Origin: a virus
IMG/VR virus record: IMGVR_UViG_3300017987_000071
Span: 1-64,000 of that record
Reading direction: 5' to 3' (one strand)
DNA length: 64,000 bases
Positions within the stretch are counted from its first letter, which is position 1, and each line of letters opens with the position of its first letter. The notes beneath the pieces were generated by a model. The model ran no database searches, was not told the origin of the DNA, and was given only the letters and a program-made list of their open reading frames with translations. Positions 20,041 to 29,766 of this stretch are shown in pieces. The translations under genes were made by a program, and so were the position numbers.

Positions 20041-20311
20041 TTGCTAATCCTGTTAGTTCGCGTGGCGGTTCCATATAGTACTTTCCGATCAACGGAAAAT
20101 AATGCACACGGCGAAAGCTCCACAGATAATCCAAAACCTTATCGTCATCGGCCTTCAAAAACCGCAAGACGTAAAGTCTCAATTGCTCTATGTTCTCAAC
20201 CGGCACTCTATACGAATCCCCCCACTCTACATAATTTACGATAATCGAATCATCAACATCCCGCTCCAAATACAAGTGCTTTGGGTTGCGGTCTGTTGGC
20301 AGCTCCATCAT
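19958..20311 (-). CDS. Hypothetical protein
   Basis: ATG immediately after the upstream stop; 3' end overlaps the protease start. Confidence 0.45.
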   Translation of the reverse strand: MMELPTDRNPKHLYLERDVDDSIIVNYVEWGDSYRVPVENIEQLRLYVLRFLKADDDKVLDYLWSFRRVHYFPLIGKYYMEPPRELTGLASEITGRVIPFQTHRGFKRKRRYASRYR

Positions 20312-20312
20312 A

Positions 20313-20693
20313 TCAATTTTCGCCAATGTTGATGGCGTTTGCAAAGTCGTCGTTGTCAAACACCTGAAATACACCCTGAGTCTTTCCAGAAGCGTAAAAA
20401 CGGAAATGGGTACTGGCACCCTTCACATAGAAAGCATACTGCTCTTCTACACGAACCTTAATGGTCTTACTTCCAGCGGCAACGTCAGTCCAAGGACCAT
20501 CAGCACTCTCGGCCTCCTGTGCCTTAAAAACCATATCTTCAGCGTCGCTGTCTCGACCCACATTGGTCACTACACAATTGAAGCTACGCTTAGGGCCATC
20601 GCCCTGTAGATTCAAAGCATACGGACCTAAAACTACTCCTCCTGCTGTAGCGGAGGAGAATCTTTCTTCTGTTCTTGCTACTTGCATTATCAA
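20313..20693 (-). CDS. Small beta-rich virion protein (decoration/cement-like)
   Basis: ESADGPWTDV...HFRF pattern; similar to its neighbour. Confidence 0.45.
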   Translation of the reverse strand: MIMQVARTEERFSSATAGGVVLGPYALNLQGDGPKRSFNCVVTNVGRDSDAEDMVFKAQEAESADGPWTDVAAGSKTIKVRVEEQYAFYVKGASTHFRFYASGKTQGVFQVFDNDDFANAINIGEN

Positions 20694-20792
20694 GTCCTTT
20701 AAATAACGAGAAGAAGAAGCGAAGAGGTGGGACTTACCTTAACGGCACAATCGCCTCTCCTTCCCAAATCGAACAAAGGAAGTGACTAAACG

Positions 20793-21122
20793 TCACGCCG
20801 ATAAGTCGCGGAGAAGTTCCCCACGACTAGGTTGGGTTATATAAAATCTTACTCCGTCCGGTGCATCAGCACTAATACGCAATCGAACATACTTCCGACT
20901 GCTATTAACAAAAAGATGCTGCCATCCTTTAGCAACCACTGCTCCCGAAGTTACATTGGTGTACGCTGTCCCATTCGTACTGTGGTCAACATAAGCAGTA
21001 ACATCAACGTCGCTGTTGTTGAAAACAAAAACGGATGCCCCTACAGGATGAATTGGCTTTAATCCCTCTAAAACAACAGGAGTATCAACCAACCGAACTT
21101 CTTCCTCAATTTTGTTAATCAT
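20793..21122 (-). CDS. Small beta-rich virion protein (decoration/cement-like)
   Basis: HSTNGTAYTNV...RKYVRLR pattern. Confidence 0.45.
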   Translation of the reverse strand: MINKIEEEVRLVDTPVVLEGLKPIHPVGASVFVFNNSDVDVTAYVDHSTNGTAYTNVTSGAVVAKGWQHLFVNSSRKYVRLRISADAPDGVRFYITQPSRGELLRDLSA

Positions 21123-21180
21123 ATCGACTCCGATTTCTCGGATTGTGTATATCTTTTCGTGGGCAGATTTTTGCCCTATT

Positions 21181-21651
21181 TCAACCTAAAAATAAATTCA
21201 CCGCTTCTACAGGGTTTACACCCGCAGCAACCTGCTTAAAGCATTCCTCTAATCGCTGCTCTGCGCTTTCAGTCAGCGTAGTATAACGAGAACTACCACA
21301 CTTATTACAACTGTAGTGCATTGCTTTTGGAGCACTAAGTTGCTCATGCAAACAATCAACACACTGCACCACCCAACCAGCAACACTCTCCTCCTTCTTC
21401 TTCTCAGTTTCAGGTGGCGGAGTAGTTGGCTTCTCAGGGGGTGTGTCTACTTTCTCAGCTTCAGGTTCAGGTTCTGCCTCTGGAGGCTCCTCTTCAATTC
21501 GTCTAGCGGTAATCTCAAACTGAGTGCCACATTTTGGGCACTTTATTGTGCAAGCTTCGTTTAAGCGCCCAGTGCCCCGCGACAAATTAATCGCTTCGTC
21601 TAGGCTACATTCCCTTGCACAATCGGGACATGTATAACTTTTTGCTAACAT
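21181..21651 (-). CDS. Double Zn-ribbon protein with Pro/Glu linker and C-terminal tag motif
   Basis: Four CxxC pairs; LTES...EECFKQVAAGVNPVEAVNLFLG. Confidence 0.6.
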   Translation of the reverse strand: MLAKSYTCPDCARECSLDEAINLSRGTGRLNEACTIKCPKCGTQFEITARRIEEEPPEAEPEPEAEKVDTPPEKPTTPPPETEKKKEESVAGWVVQCVDCLHEQLSAPKAMHYSCNKCGSSRYTTLTESAEQRLEECFKQVAAGVNPVEAVNLFLG

Positions 21652-21713
21652 AGAATGTCCTTTCGCTCTAAACTCAATTCTACAAACCTACGCCCCGTCC
21701 GTCAAATAAAAAA

Positions 21714-22376
21714 TTACTTCACAACGATATTTCCAAGCATTTCCACTTCGGCAGGCACAGGCTTTTTCGCGGGCACATTAGCTTCTGGTTCAGTAACATC
21801 AACGGGTTCAGCCAATCGCGTGGGGGCTTGTGGCACCTTAACATCAGGGATAACTTTTTCGCAAGCAACCACCACCCAAAAGCGGATGTTTTGGGGATCA
21901 ACCGTAATTTCGCCAGGAGCACCACGCAAATCATCAGGAGATGCTGCCAACTTTGTACCAGGCAAAAAGGTTTTGATTTGTTCAACAAGTTGCTCTACAG
22001 AATCCTTGTCAGCAGTTTCGTTGATAAAAATGAACAGCACATCGAGGTTGTCATCAACCTCAATCTCTTCCAAATAATCCAATAGGTCTAAAGCATTCAG
22101 CTTCAGCATCACGCCATTAACCAATTCATCATAAGACAACCTCGGTTTACCCTGGGTCAAGTCCTCCAAAATGGTCGACAGTGATGCCCCCTGAATCAAC
22201 TGCTTAACGCTTTCCTCTACACCATCAGTTTTAGCAGCCTCTAAGCCAGCGATAAGCTTCTTGCCTTTATCGGTCATAAAGAAGTACCGTAGCAACTGCC
22301 TAAACTTGGTTCGATTTTGTCGGGTACCAACAGTCTGCAACCGCTGCTGGCGGTAATTCGGTCTTGGGTCACCCAT
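21714..22376 (-). CDS. Hypothetical protein with internal tag-like motif
   Basis: SD present; VEESVKQLIQGASLSTILED. Confidence 0.55.
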   Translation of the reverse strand: MGDPRPNYRQQRLQTVGTRQNRTKFRQLLRYFFMTDKGKKLIAGLEAAKTDGVEESVKQLIQGASLSTILEDLTQGKPRLSYDELVNGVMLKLNALDLLDYLEEIEVDDNLDVLFIFINETADKDSVEQLVEQIKTFLPGTKLAASPDDLRGAPGEITVDPQNIRFWVVVACEKVIPDVKVPQAPTRLAEPVDVTEPEANVPAKKPVPAEVEMLGNIVVK

Positions 22377-22385
22377 AACAATCTC

Positions 22386-22694
22386 CTAATAACCTAATGT
22401 CAATGCCACCTCGCATATCTTCTGTGGCAAAAATATCCAATAAATATCCTCTTTTAGCGTACACAACCAGCAAACGGGTATCTTCTTAGAGCGATCTGGC
22501 GTTATAAACACCCTCTCATTAGTGTCATATAGCCAATGGAGGTTTTGGTTTATGTAATCCAGCATCTGGGTATGCCACCCCTCAGCAGGCTCATCGCCAG
22601 CAATAACATCCCCCAAACAAACGTGTATTGGACGAGTCATCGGCGCAAAAGGACCCGAAGCTAAAATGCTATAATCTCGCCACAGTACTACCAT
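22386..22694 (-). CDS. Hypothetical protein
   Basis: Packed ORF with SD. Confidence 0.5.
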   Translation of the reverse strand: MVVLWRDYSILASGPFAPMTRPIHVCLGDVIAGDEPAEGWHTQMLDYINQNLHWLYDTNERVFITPDRSKKIPVCWLCTLKEDIYWIFLPQKICEVALTLGY

Positions 22695-23521
22695 TCCTCA
22701 GATACCTCTATTTCGTTAAATGGGTCATACTCCTCCCAACCTTCATCTTTCTTAATCTGCCGATACAAACGATCAGACGTTGCTCGAATCTCTCGCCATT
22801 TTGGGTTTCGCTTGATGCCTGAATTAGGTGCTGGATGGGATATGCCACCAACCTGCTTCAACCAAGGCACCTTCGGCAAAAAATACCTCAAGCACAAATA
22901 CGTCCGCCACCCTGCTTGGTTATTCCGCTGAGCAAAAAGGCTGTCAAACCTATAAAAGAAAAATCTCTCATCCCACGCGAAACCAAACATGTCTATGACA
23001 TCAATTAGCGCTGCCGCTCGATGCATATTGCAACAACTAGACACCATCGACACCAAACCATCAGGCATAGTAGGAACATTGCCTATATTCGCTTGTGGCC
23101 AAGCTACAATTCCTGCTTTTGGATAATGCTCCATTACATGAATCATATCGCTTGCCCACCCATCATGCACAAGCACATCCTGGTCAAGAAAAGCAAAATA
23201 CTTCAAATCAGAATACTTCTCTCTAAAATGATCGAAAACCCGATTGCGAGATACGGAGCAGCCAACGTTGTACGGACTGTCGATAACCGTAAATCGCTGG
23301 TCGCCAAACTCCTGAACTGCCTTTACGTTAGTCCTATTATCCTCTGTATTGTCAAAAATGCAGCACTCAAAAGGCACAAAAGTACTGCGTTGGATATGCA
23401 ACATACAGCGGATTAAATCATGCACGCCACCATAAGCAAGAATGCCTATTGCCAAAACAGGCCCAGGATCAATCTCCTTTCGCCAGTTGATTGGTTGGTC
23501 AACTTTATCTAAAGACTTCAC
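22688..23521 (-). CDS. Glycosyltransferase, GT2/GT-A fold
   Basis: IFDN, NVG....RN, FLDQD (DxD), DERFF. Confidence 0.8.
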   Translation of the reverse strand: MKSLDKVDQPINWRKEIDPGPVLAIGILAYGGVHDLIRCMLHIQRSTFVPFECCIFDNTEDNRTNVKAVQEFGDQRFTVIDSPYNVGCSVSRNRVFDHFREKYSDLKYFAFLDQDVLVHDGWASDMIHVMEHYPKAGIVAWPQANIGNVPTMPDGLVSMVSSCCNMHRAAALIDVIDMFGFAWDERFFFYRFDSLFAQRNNQAGWRTYLCLRYFLPKVPWLKQVGGISHPAPNSGIKRNPKWREIRATSDRLYRQIKKDEGWEEYDPFNEIEVSEEW

Positions 23522-24177
23522 GCCTTCTCTCCCCTCAATATAAAATGCTCTTGCCCCGACAAGCGCACACCAGCACCCGTAAACTCTAATTCTGGGAACA
23601 TATTCCTGTACTCTGTCTGACTGCGAAACGTCAAATATGGTAGAGAAGCAATCTTTTCTGTATTCTCTACCAAAACAAGCAAGCCTCCGGGGGCCAACAT
23701 TCGATTAAGAAATGCTACAGTTCTCTTTAGCATAGATGGTACAACGATATGCTGCAACACAGTACAGCAAAAAACGATATCAAAAGGACCCTCATTGAAA
23801 GTATTCAAGTCATCCAAAACCACAAAGCGACCTGTTGGATGCTGTTGCCTTGCTAAGCGTATTGCTTCAGGAGTACAATCCACACCCAAATACTGCAAAC
23901 CAGTATATCTTTGAGACAAACCCCAAAAAACAGGAAACCAACGCCCAACCCCGCAACCAAAATCCAACAAGCGAGCACTTCGTTTATTCGCTGAAAGCCA
24001 AATACCCATAGCCCCCTCAACATTAGGTTGCACCGCCAACGCCCACTCAAGTTCCACCTTCCGTTTTGCTTTGTCCGATTTAGTCGAGTTAACATGCAAC
24101 ACAGTATTGCAACCTTGCTTCTTATATCGCTCATCCCAATACCGTTGATGTTCCTCTTCAGTCTGAAATTGCTTCAT
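23518..24177 (-). CDS. Class I SAM-dependent methyltransferase
   Basis: LLDFGCGVGR, YLGVD, FD...C.TVLQHI, L.PGG. Confidence 0.9.
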   Translation of the reverse strand: MKQFQTEEEHQRYWDERYKKQGCNTVLHVNSTKSDKAKRKVELEWALAVQPNVEGAMGIWLSANKRSARLLDFGCGVGRWFPVFWGLSQRYTGLQYLGVDCTPEAIRLARQQHPTGRFVVLDDLNTFNEGPFDIVFCCTVLQHIVVPSMLKRTVAFLNRMLAPGGLLVLVENTEKIASLPYLTFRSQTEYRNMFPELEFTGAGVRLSGQEHFILRGEKA

Positions 24178-24183
24178 GTCCCA

Positions 24184-24984
24184 CTACTCCATAAATTCAA
24201 TAGAAGAGTCAATAATGCCATCACAAGCACAGCAACAACCGTACTCGTTACATTCAGTTCTAACTTCCCGTTGAACAAACTGCCAATCAGTTTCCCAGAA
24301 TACTGGGTCAGGCGTCCGCCAACCCCTACGCATATAAGTCACACAAGGGTACCTTGCCCCGTCTGGCCCATACAAGTATATCCTATTCTTGCAAATAACT
24401 CTACGCGGTACGCCACAAGTCTTATGCTTAGCAGAAGTCACCCACTGGTTTTCGGATATCACCAACTTCGTCCCCGAAATGCGATTAAAATGGCGCAGGT
24501 ATGCTACCCGCGAAGGCGACCCATCCACCACAATAAGCACAAAATAATCAACCATATTGGACTTTAGAATCATATCCACATGCGTCCGGTACACATCCAA
24601 ACCACCAGGCGAATGCAAACTGCCTCGGATGCCCACCTCTCGCTTTAACTTTCGCAGTAGGGTATCAGGAGGAATCGTTAAGTTGGTATAAACAATCACG
24701 CCAATAGCAGATGGTATAGCATTAATCAAATCTGCTAAACCAGGATACATCAACGGTTCGCCCCCCGTTATATGTACCCCCGAAAATTGCCCTGATTGCA
24801 AGCGAACTAATCCCTTCACCCATAACTCCGGTTTAGCAGAAGGCAAGCTACCCCCACCAGAACCATTTGAGCAATATGAACATTGCATATTGCATTGAAG
24901 CGTTGGATATATGCGCAGGATTTTATCAGCACTGCCCTTATTCAAATCTACTCTGCGTAATTTCAATTCCATAAAAGCCCCCAC
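24184..24984 (-). CDS. Radical SAM protein with Cys-rich twitch/SPASM-like C-terminus
   Basis: CNMQCSYC, TGGEP, YTN, C...GPDG..YPC, C..YGCCCACD. Confidence 0.9.
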   Translation of the reverse strand: MGAFMELKLRRVDLNKGSADKILRIYPTLQCNMQCSYCSNGSGGGSLPSAKPELWVKGLVRLQSGQFSGVHITGGEPLMYPGLADLINAIPSAIGVIVYTNLTIPPDTLLRKLKREVGIRGSLHSPGGLDVYRTHVDMILKSNMVDYFVLIVVDGSPSRVAYLRHFNRISGTKLVISENQWVTSAKHKTCGVPRRVICKNRIYLYGPDGARYPCVTYMRRGWRTPDPVFWETDWQFVQREVRTECNEYGCCCACDGIIDSSIEFME

Positions 24985-25814
24985 CTCTCTCTTATTTTCT
25001 GGTGCACAACAGGGTACGTATCCGTCTCCTCTTGCTGTCTAATAAAACGTACATCCGTAGAAAAGGTTGAGCGAAAAGCAGTCTTAAATCCCTCTTCACC
25101 CTTTGAAACCTTCGCCCACTTCACCAAAAACTCAGTAGTACCCCAAGCAGACTCCAACCTCCGTAAAGGACGCTGATTGCATAATTCCCACATCGGCAAT
25201 AGCAAACCCGACTGGCGATCAAGTTGGCGACCAAAATGCACAGGAAACCGTCGCTTGCGTAAATACAACCCACTTGCTTCCTGTATGCGCAATAACCAAT
25301 CCTCTGCGAGAACTGCATTGCTAAACCGAACATCGAACCAACCCAACTCACCCACCACCCGCATATCCATTGCAAACCCATACCACCAGCATAACCGCTG
25401 TCCGCATTTTGGCACAAGGGAGCACAACACATATCTGCGTTTAGCCTTCATTATATGCCAAACGCTACGTAAAAAAGGACCAGGGGCAACACGCACTTTA
25501 TCCGATACAAAAACAACATAACGAGTACACACACGCAAAAGTGCTTCATTCATCAATTGCGAATCCGATACTCGTCGTCTATGCCATCCTATCTTTACCT
25601 TGGGATGCACACGCTTAGGCCACGTTTGCATGTCTTCGTCGAAATAATGCCCCCTGCGCAGTTGGTATTTAACCCCCCAAGAACCACCGGGCGCTGGGCC
25701 ACTACCTGATATATAGATGGGTATCTTGGGGGGCACATGCGGATGCAATTTCTTCATAACACGCATGCTGCTATCCAAATCATGCCCAATGACGACTATC
25801 GTAAATCGTTGCAT
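24963..25814 (-). CDS. Divergent GT-A-fold glycosyltransferase-like protein
   Basis: FTIVV, N.AL......YVVFVSD, G.FD.RF, ED...R. Confidence 0.55.
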   Translation of the reverse strand: MQRFTIVVIGHDLDSSMRVMKKLHPHVPPKIPIYISGSGPAPGGSWGVKYQLRRGHYFDEDMQTWPKRVHPKVKIGWHRRRVSDSQLMNEALLRVCTRYVVFVSDKVRVAPGPFLRSVWHIMKAKRRYVLCSLVPKCGQRLCWWYGFAMDMRVVGELGWFDVRFSNAVLAEDWLLRIQEASGLYLRKRRFPVHFGRQLDRQSGLLLPMWELCNQRPLRRLESAWGTTEFLVKWAKVSKGEEGFKTAFRSTFSTDVRFIRQQEETDTYPVVHQKIRERWGLLWN

Positions 25815-25824
25815 CGTTTCTCAC

Positions 25825-25916
25825 TTTATAAAAGGGTCGTCCCTCCTAAACCATTTATCCTTAGAGGCCCTTTATAAAAGGGTCGTCCTTCCTAAACCAT
25901 TTATCCTTAGAGGCCC
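25825..25916. repeat. Tandem 46-bp duplication (1 mismatch)
   Basis: tttataaaagggtcgtcc(c/t)tcctaaaccatttatccttagaggccc at 25825-25870 and 25871-25916. Confidence 0.95.
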
Positions 25917-26556
25917 ATTGCTGCCAACCCTCAGCAACACCAAGCACCAAGTCCACTGCGCTAACTTTAGGTATTGCTAACCCTCTACGGGCCCAATCAG
26001 CAGCCATTTCATTAACCTCCTCTATTTTGGGTTGTATCCTCCTATTAAATTCAGTGAAGCCTCGCATATAACCAGTCAAAACACGATCCAATTGATTAAA
26101 TGGACCCCCCTTAACCATCACATTCGGTTGTCTACGCTTCAACCCCAAAATCTCGCGCCGAACATCCTTATACTTTCGTTGCATACTAGCAAACACCTTT
26201 GACCAAGCATTCAACACTTCAATTGCATCATCTGACCAAGCGTATTTTACCTCATGCACCCAATCCAGCATCAGTTTGCCCAACGCTTTTATTCTACGCT
26301 CAACAAACCAAGTTGCACGCTCTTCGCGAGTCCCAACCCGCAACAGTTTACGAATGCCATTAAACAATTTACCCAAGTAATGAAAAATCTCTTGCACCTG
26401 AGCAGCCAGCATCCGCAATCCCCCGGACTGTAGAAAACTTGCCCAAAAATCAGGAGCAGTAAAGTTCTCACTTAGCACATCAGCAACTAGCGTTCTTGCT
26501 TCCTCAACAGGAGACCCGCCAGCAACTACACGATCTACAGATTCTGCTATCTCCAT
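25861..26556 (-). CDS. Basic helical protein with N-terminal tag motif
   Basis: MEIAESVDRVVAGGSPVEEARTLVADVLSE. Confidence 0.65.
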   Translation of the reverse strand: MEIAESVDRVVAGGSPVEEARTLVADVLSENFTAPDFWASFLQSGGLRMLAAQVQEIFHYLGKLFNGIRKLLRVGTREERATWFVERRIKALGKLMLDWVHEVKYAWSDDAIEVLNAWSKVFASMQRKYKDVRREILGLKRRQPNVMVKGGPFNQLDRVLTGYMRGFTEFNRRIQPKIEEVNEMAADWARRGLAIPKVSAVDLVLGVAEGWQQWASKDKWFRKDDPFIKGL

Positions 26557-26565
26557 AACAATCTC

Positions 26566-27846
26566 CTAGACATCTAACTCAAAACGACGTACACCACCCC
26601 ATTCTTTGCCGGTTAACTCCTGCCCGACCTCTTCTCGTCCTAAGCCAATCGCTTCGGGGGGTTTGCCCTTACCACGACTCCATTGCCATTTTCTCCACCA
26701 CCAAACAAGCTTGCCCCACAAACCTAAATCCTTTGGCTTACCAGCAATTGAAACGGTCGCCTGAGCAATACGCTTGATGGTAACATCATAAGTAGGAACA
26801 TCCATGAAACCAACTTTGCTATCAAACGACACCCACAAGCCAAAAAGCACATCGCGGGTCTTAACCGTAACGTACCCTTCAGCAGAGATGTAAGCAAAGC
26901 AATTCACAGCATCCAAACGCTTAAGCACCGCCTTTTCTAAGAATCCTCGCTCATACCGAATAAACTCAATCTCCTTGGCCAACTTATCTGGAGATATGTC
27001 CTTTTTTCTATATGGTCCTTTCAACACCATTAATATGTTATATGCTAAATGAAAAGCCATAACATCATGCGAAGGACCATCTGTTCTAAAGAACGCTACA
27101 GCATCCCGCAGATTCTCTATAAGTCGCTTCTTCTGTAATAATGGCAGAGGCAAATTGTCTTCATCAGGAAGGGGATGCGGAACTTCATTCTTGCTAAGAG
27201 GTACATTAGGATCATATCCCGCAGCAGTTTTTAATTGATCATAGGAATACGGAGCAGCGACCGTCTTACCGGTTTTCTCGTCCTGCATCATTGGCTCTTG
27301 ATAAAGCTCCCCAGTCACAAAGAATAACTTAATAAACTCAACATTGATTTCTTGCACTAACTCGTTCAGATTCCTTTGCAACATTGTCTCGCGAGTTGCA
27401 AGTTCGGTCATCTTACGCTTGATGGTAACATTAATCTCTTCACTACGCTTCTGTGTTGCCTGATAATCATGCACCAACTTAAGCAATTCTGCTTCATCCT
27501 TAACGTCAAGATAAGGAGAAATGAGCATCACCCTACGCAAATCATCACGAGATAAACTAGCAGCACCAGGAGCATCACCAGCAGGATGCGCTCCGATCTT
27601 AGCGGTAGATACTTCCTTAACCGATAAAAGCATCTGTATCCACACATTGATCTTGCGAGCATAATCAGGCACCGACCTCACCGAAGCCAAAGCCAGAGGA
27701 CGATCTCTAGGAATGCTTTCATATAGCAAATTGCCCCCAAGCGCTCGCGGGAAAAAGGTTTGAGGAATCTCATCACAAACCAACACCACAGTCTCCTCAA
27801 TCGGCTGCACCGCTGCATGTACTACTTCTACGTTATGGTTATGCAT
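26566..27846 (-). CDS. Hypothetical protein (coiled coil, Trp-rich C-terminal segment)
   Basis: Long ORF; LWGKLVWWWRKWQW. Confidence 0.6.
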   Translation of the reverse strand: MHNHNVEVVHAAVQPIEETVVLVCDEIPQTFFPRALGGNLLYESIPRDRPLALASVRSVPDYARKINVWIQMLLSVKEVSTAKIGAHPAGDAPGAASLSRDDLRRVMLISPYLDVKDEAELLKLVHDYQATQKRSEEINVTIKRKMTELATRETMLQRNLNELVQEINVEFIKLFFVTGELYQEPMMQDEKTGKTVAAPYSYDQLKTAAGYDPNVPLSKNEVPHPLPDEDNLPLPLLQKKRLIENLRDAVAFFRTDGPSHDVMAFHLAYNILMVLKGPYRKKDISPDKLAKEIEFIRYERGFLEKAVLKRLDAVNCFAYISAEGYVTVKTRDVLFGLWVSFDSKVGFMDVPTYDVTIKRIAQATVSIAGKPKDLGLWGKLVWWWRKWQWSRGKGKPPEAIGLGREEVGQELTGKEWGGVRRFELDV

Positions 27847-28993
27847 AACTTGGCTCCTTAAATGCTAATTCCTTATCAGCGAGTGGAAAACTGAACTTAA
27901 CAATCTTCAATTCATGATCAGTACTGCCTAACGCTCTGCCAAACATAACACGATCTATAAAATGTGCTCTTACAGTCACACTCTTAGGGCGCCCAGGTTT
28001 CGGATGTAGCATCAACGTATAATCTCCACTGAACTCATAAGTAGTATGCCCACTCTGCTCTACACGCGTAATCTTAACAAGCACACGTTGAGGGCGTAAA
28101 TCTTTACCCAACAAATCACCACCATACTTCATAGGAATACCAGCAGTAAACTCATCTACCAGACGCATCCACATATTCCCTGTGCGGTTTTCCTTCTCGT
28201 CGGGCACAGACACACCACCACTCAGTTCTGGGGAGCGAGATAAACCATCAGCACCACAAGGCAACTTATGCTCATCCACATTCACAGCAACTTGCCTCAT
28301 AGTTAATGCTAAATCAAGTTGACGCCGAATTGCTTCAGGAGCATCGCTGTACTTTAAAACTCCCACCTCTACAGCACCACCTACCTTCTTAGTCAATCGA
28401 GCAACGATAGTGTGCACAACCTTATCGTTGCCGATTTTTTTTGCTCGCGCCCAAGCATCCAACTTATCCTTAAGCACATACAGTTTGCCAAACGCCTTCC
28501 GTATCTCAGCAATCTGCTTACGCAAACCATCCACAAAGTTTCTTTTCTCATCAATGTAGTCCTTTAACTCCGCCGTAAGCAAAGGGGCTAAATCACCCTC
28601 ACTTATCTTAAACAGAATATCATTCTCAAGAGTCGAAAAAACTCTATCCAGCGTTTTGCCAACCACCTTGCCTTGTGCTTCTGGTGTCATAATGGGGAAT
28701 TTGCGTTTGCCCGAAGGAATTGGCTCCTTTTTAAACAAACCCTTTGCCATATTCCACCACCGTTTTACGGTAGATACAACAGGCTCAATAAACTCATCCA
28801 AGCGTTCGGGGTCAACACCCTCCTTAAGCAACTCTTGCTTTATCCAGGCCTCATCGAGCACCTCAATAAGGTTCTTAGTCATCTCCTGCTGAACTGCATC
28901 CTCAGTGATGAATTTCGCTTTTAACTCAACCGGAGACGCCGACTGCTGCCCATGCAATATGTTCAGCATACAATTCTTTTCTTTACTGTCCAT
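27839..28993 (-). CDS. Hypothetical protein, possible processed head protein
   Basis: Acidic N-terminal leader with VLDEA and LLKEGVDPERLDE. Confidence 0.6.
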   Translation of the reverse strand: MDSKEKNCMLNILHGQQSASPVELKAKFITEDAVQQEMTKNLIEVLDEAWIKQELLKEGVDPERLDEFIEPVVSTVKRWWNMAKGLFKKEPIPSGKRKFPIMTPEAQGKVVGKTLDRVFSTLENDILFKISEGDLAPLLTAELKDYIDEKRNFVDGLRKQIAEIRKAFGKLYVLKDKLDAWARAKKIGNDKVVHTIVARLTKKVGGAVEVGVLKYSDAPEAIRRQLDLALTMRQVAVNVDEHKLPCGADGLSRSPELSGGVSVPDEKENRTGNMWMRLVDEFTAGIPMKYGGDLLGKDLRPQRVLVKITRVEQSGHTTYEFSGDYTLMLHPKPGRPKSVTVRAHFIDRVMFGRALGSTDHELKIVKFSFPLADKELAFKEPSYA

Positions 28994-29001
28994 AAACCCT
29001 C

Positions 29002-29766
29002 CTACAGTTTGCGCTTAAGCACTATACCATCGACCTCGATAGGGCGAGCCAACAAGGCACTATAAAGACGCTTTTCACCCCCCACGCCATGAGCAGCATT
29101 CAGGGTTAACGTAACCAAAATATCTACTTCATGCATTTCTGTGCGAGTAGATGCCTTCTTCGTCCTGCGATCTCGCAAGGTTAGTATACATGGCATAGCC
29201 AAACGAACTTGTATACCCGACTCAGGATCAACAACATTCTTAGGTACAACTTGCGTAACCCGTAGATTAGATTGCATATTCATCTCTACAAAAGAAAAGT
29301 TGCGTTCTACAGCAAAAGCCAAAGCCTTGGAAATGCCAATCTTTATAACCTCCTTGCCAAACTTCCGCTCACTCCGTTGTATCGACTTTAAAACATTTAA
29401 AGCCAACAGCAAAATGCTAGGCACAACATTAGGAAAACGATAACCCGGATCATCCATCTTTTTGCTGGACCTTATAGCTTTTGCTTCAGCATCCTCTAGG
29501 GCCCGTTTCAGATCAGCAACTTCTTGCGCTATTGCTTTATATCGCCCCTCTGCTTTACGCACATCCTGGTTTAACCTTCTCACCGCAGCAAGATCACTTC
29601 GCCATCGAGTACGCAAAGCCTCCCATTCGCCAGACCCAGACTTATACTCTGCCTCTAACGACCTAAGAGCATCCGATACTGGAATGCTTTTTTCTGGTTC
29701 TCTTAATTCTGGTGGGATAAGCGCTTCCTCCAAGCAAGTTATCCACGCTTTTAGATTCTCAGCCAT
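29002..29766 (-). CDS. Hypothetical coiled-coil protein
   Basis: SD; CLEEA leader; heptad region. Confidence 0.6.
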   Translation of the reverse strand: MAENLKAWITCLEEALIPPELREPEKSIPVSDALRSLEAEYKSGSGEWEALRTRWRSDLAAVRRLNQDVRKAEGRYKAIAQEVADLKRALEDAEAKAIRSSKKMDDPGYRFPNVVPSILLLALNVLKSIQRSERKFGKEVIKIGISKALAFAVERNFSFVEMNMQSNLRVTQVVPKNVVDPESGIQVRLAMPCILTLRDRRTKKASTRTEMHEVDILVTLTLNAAHGVGGEKRLYSALLARPIEVDGIVLKRKL

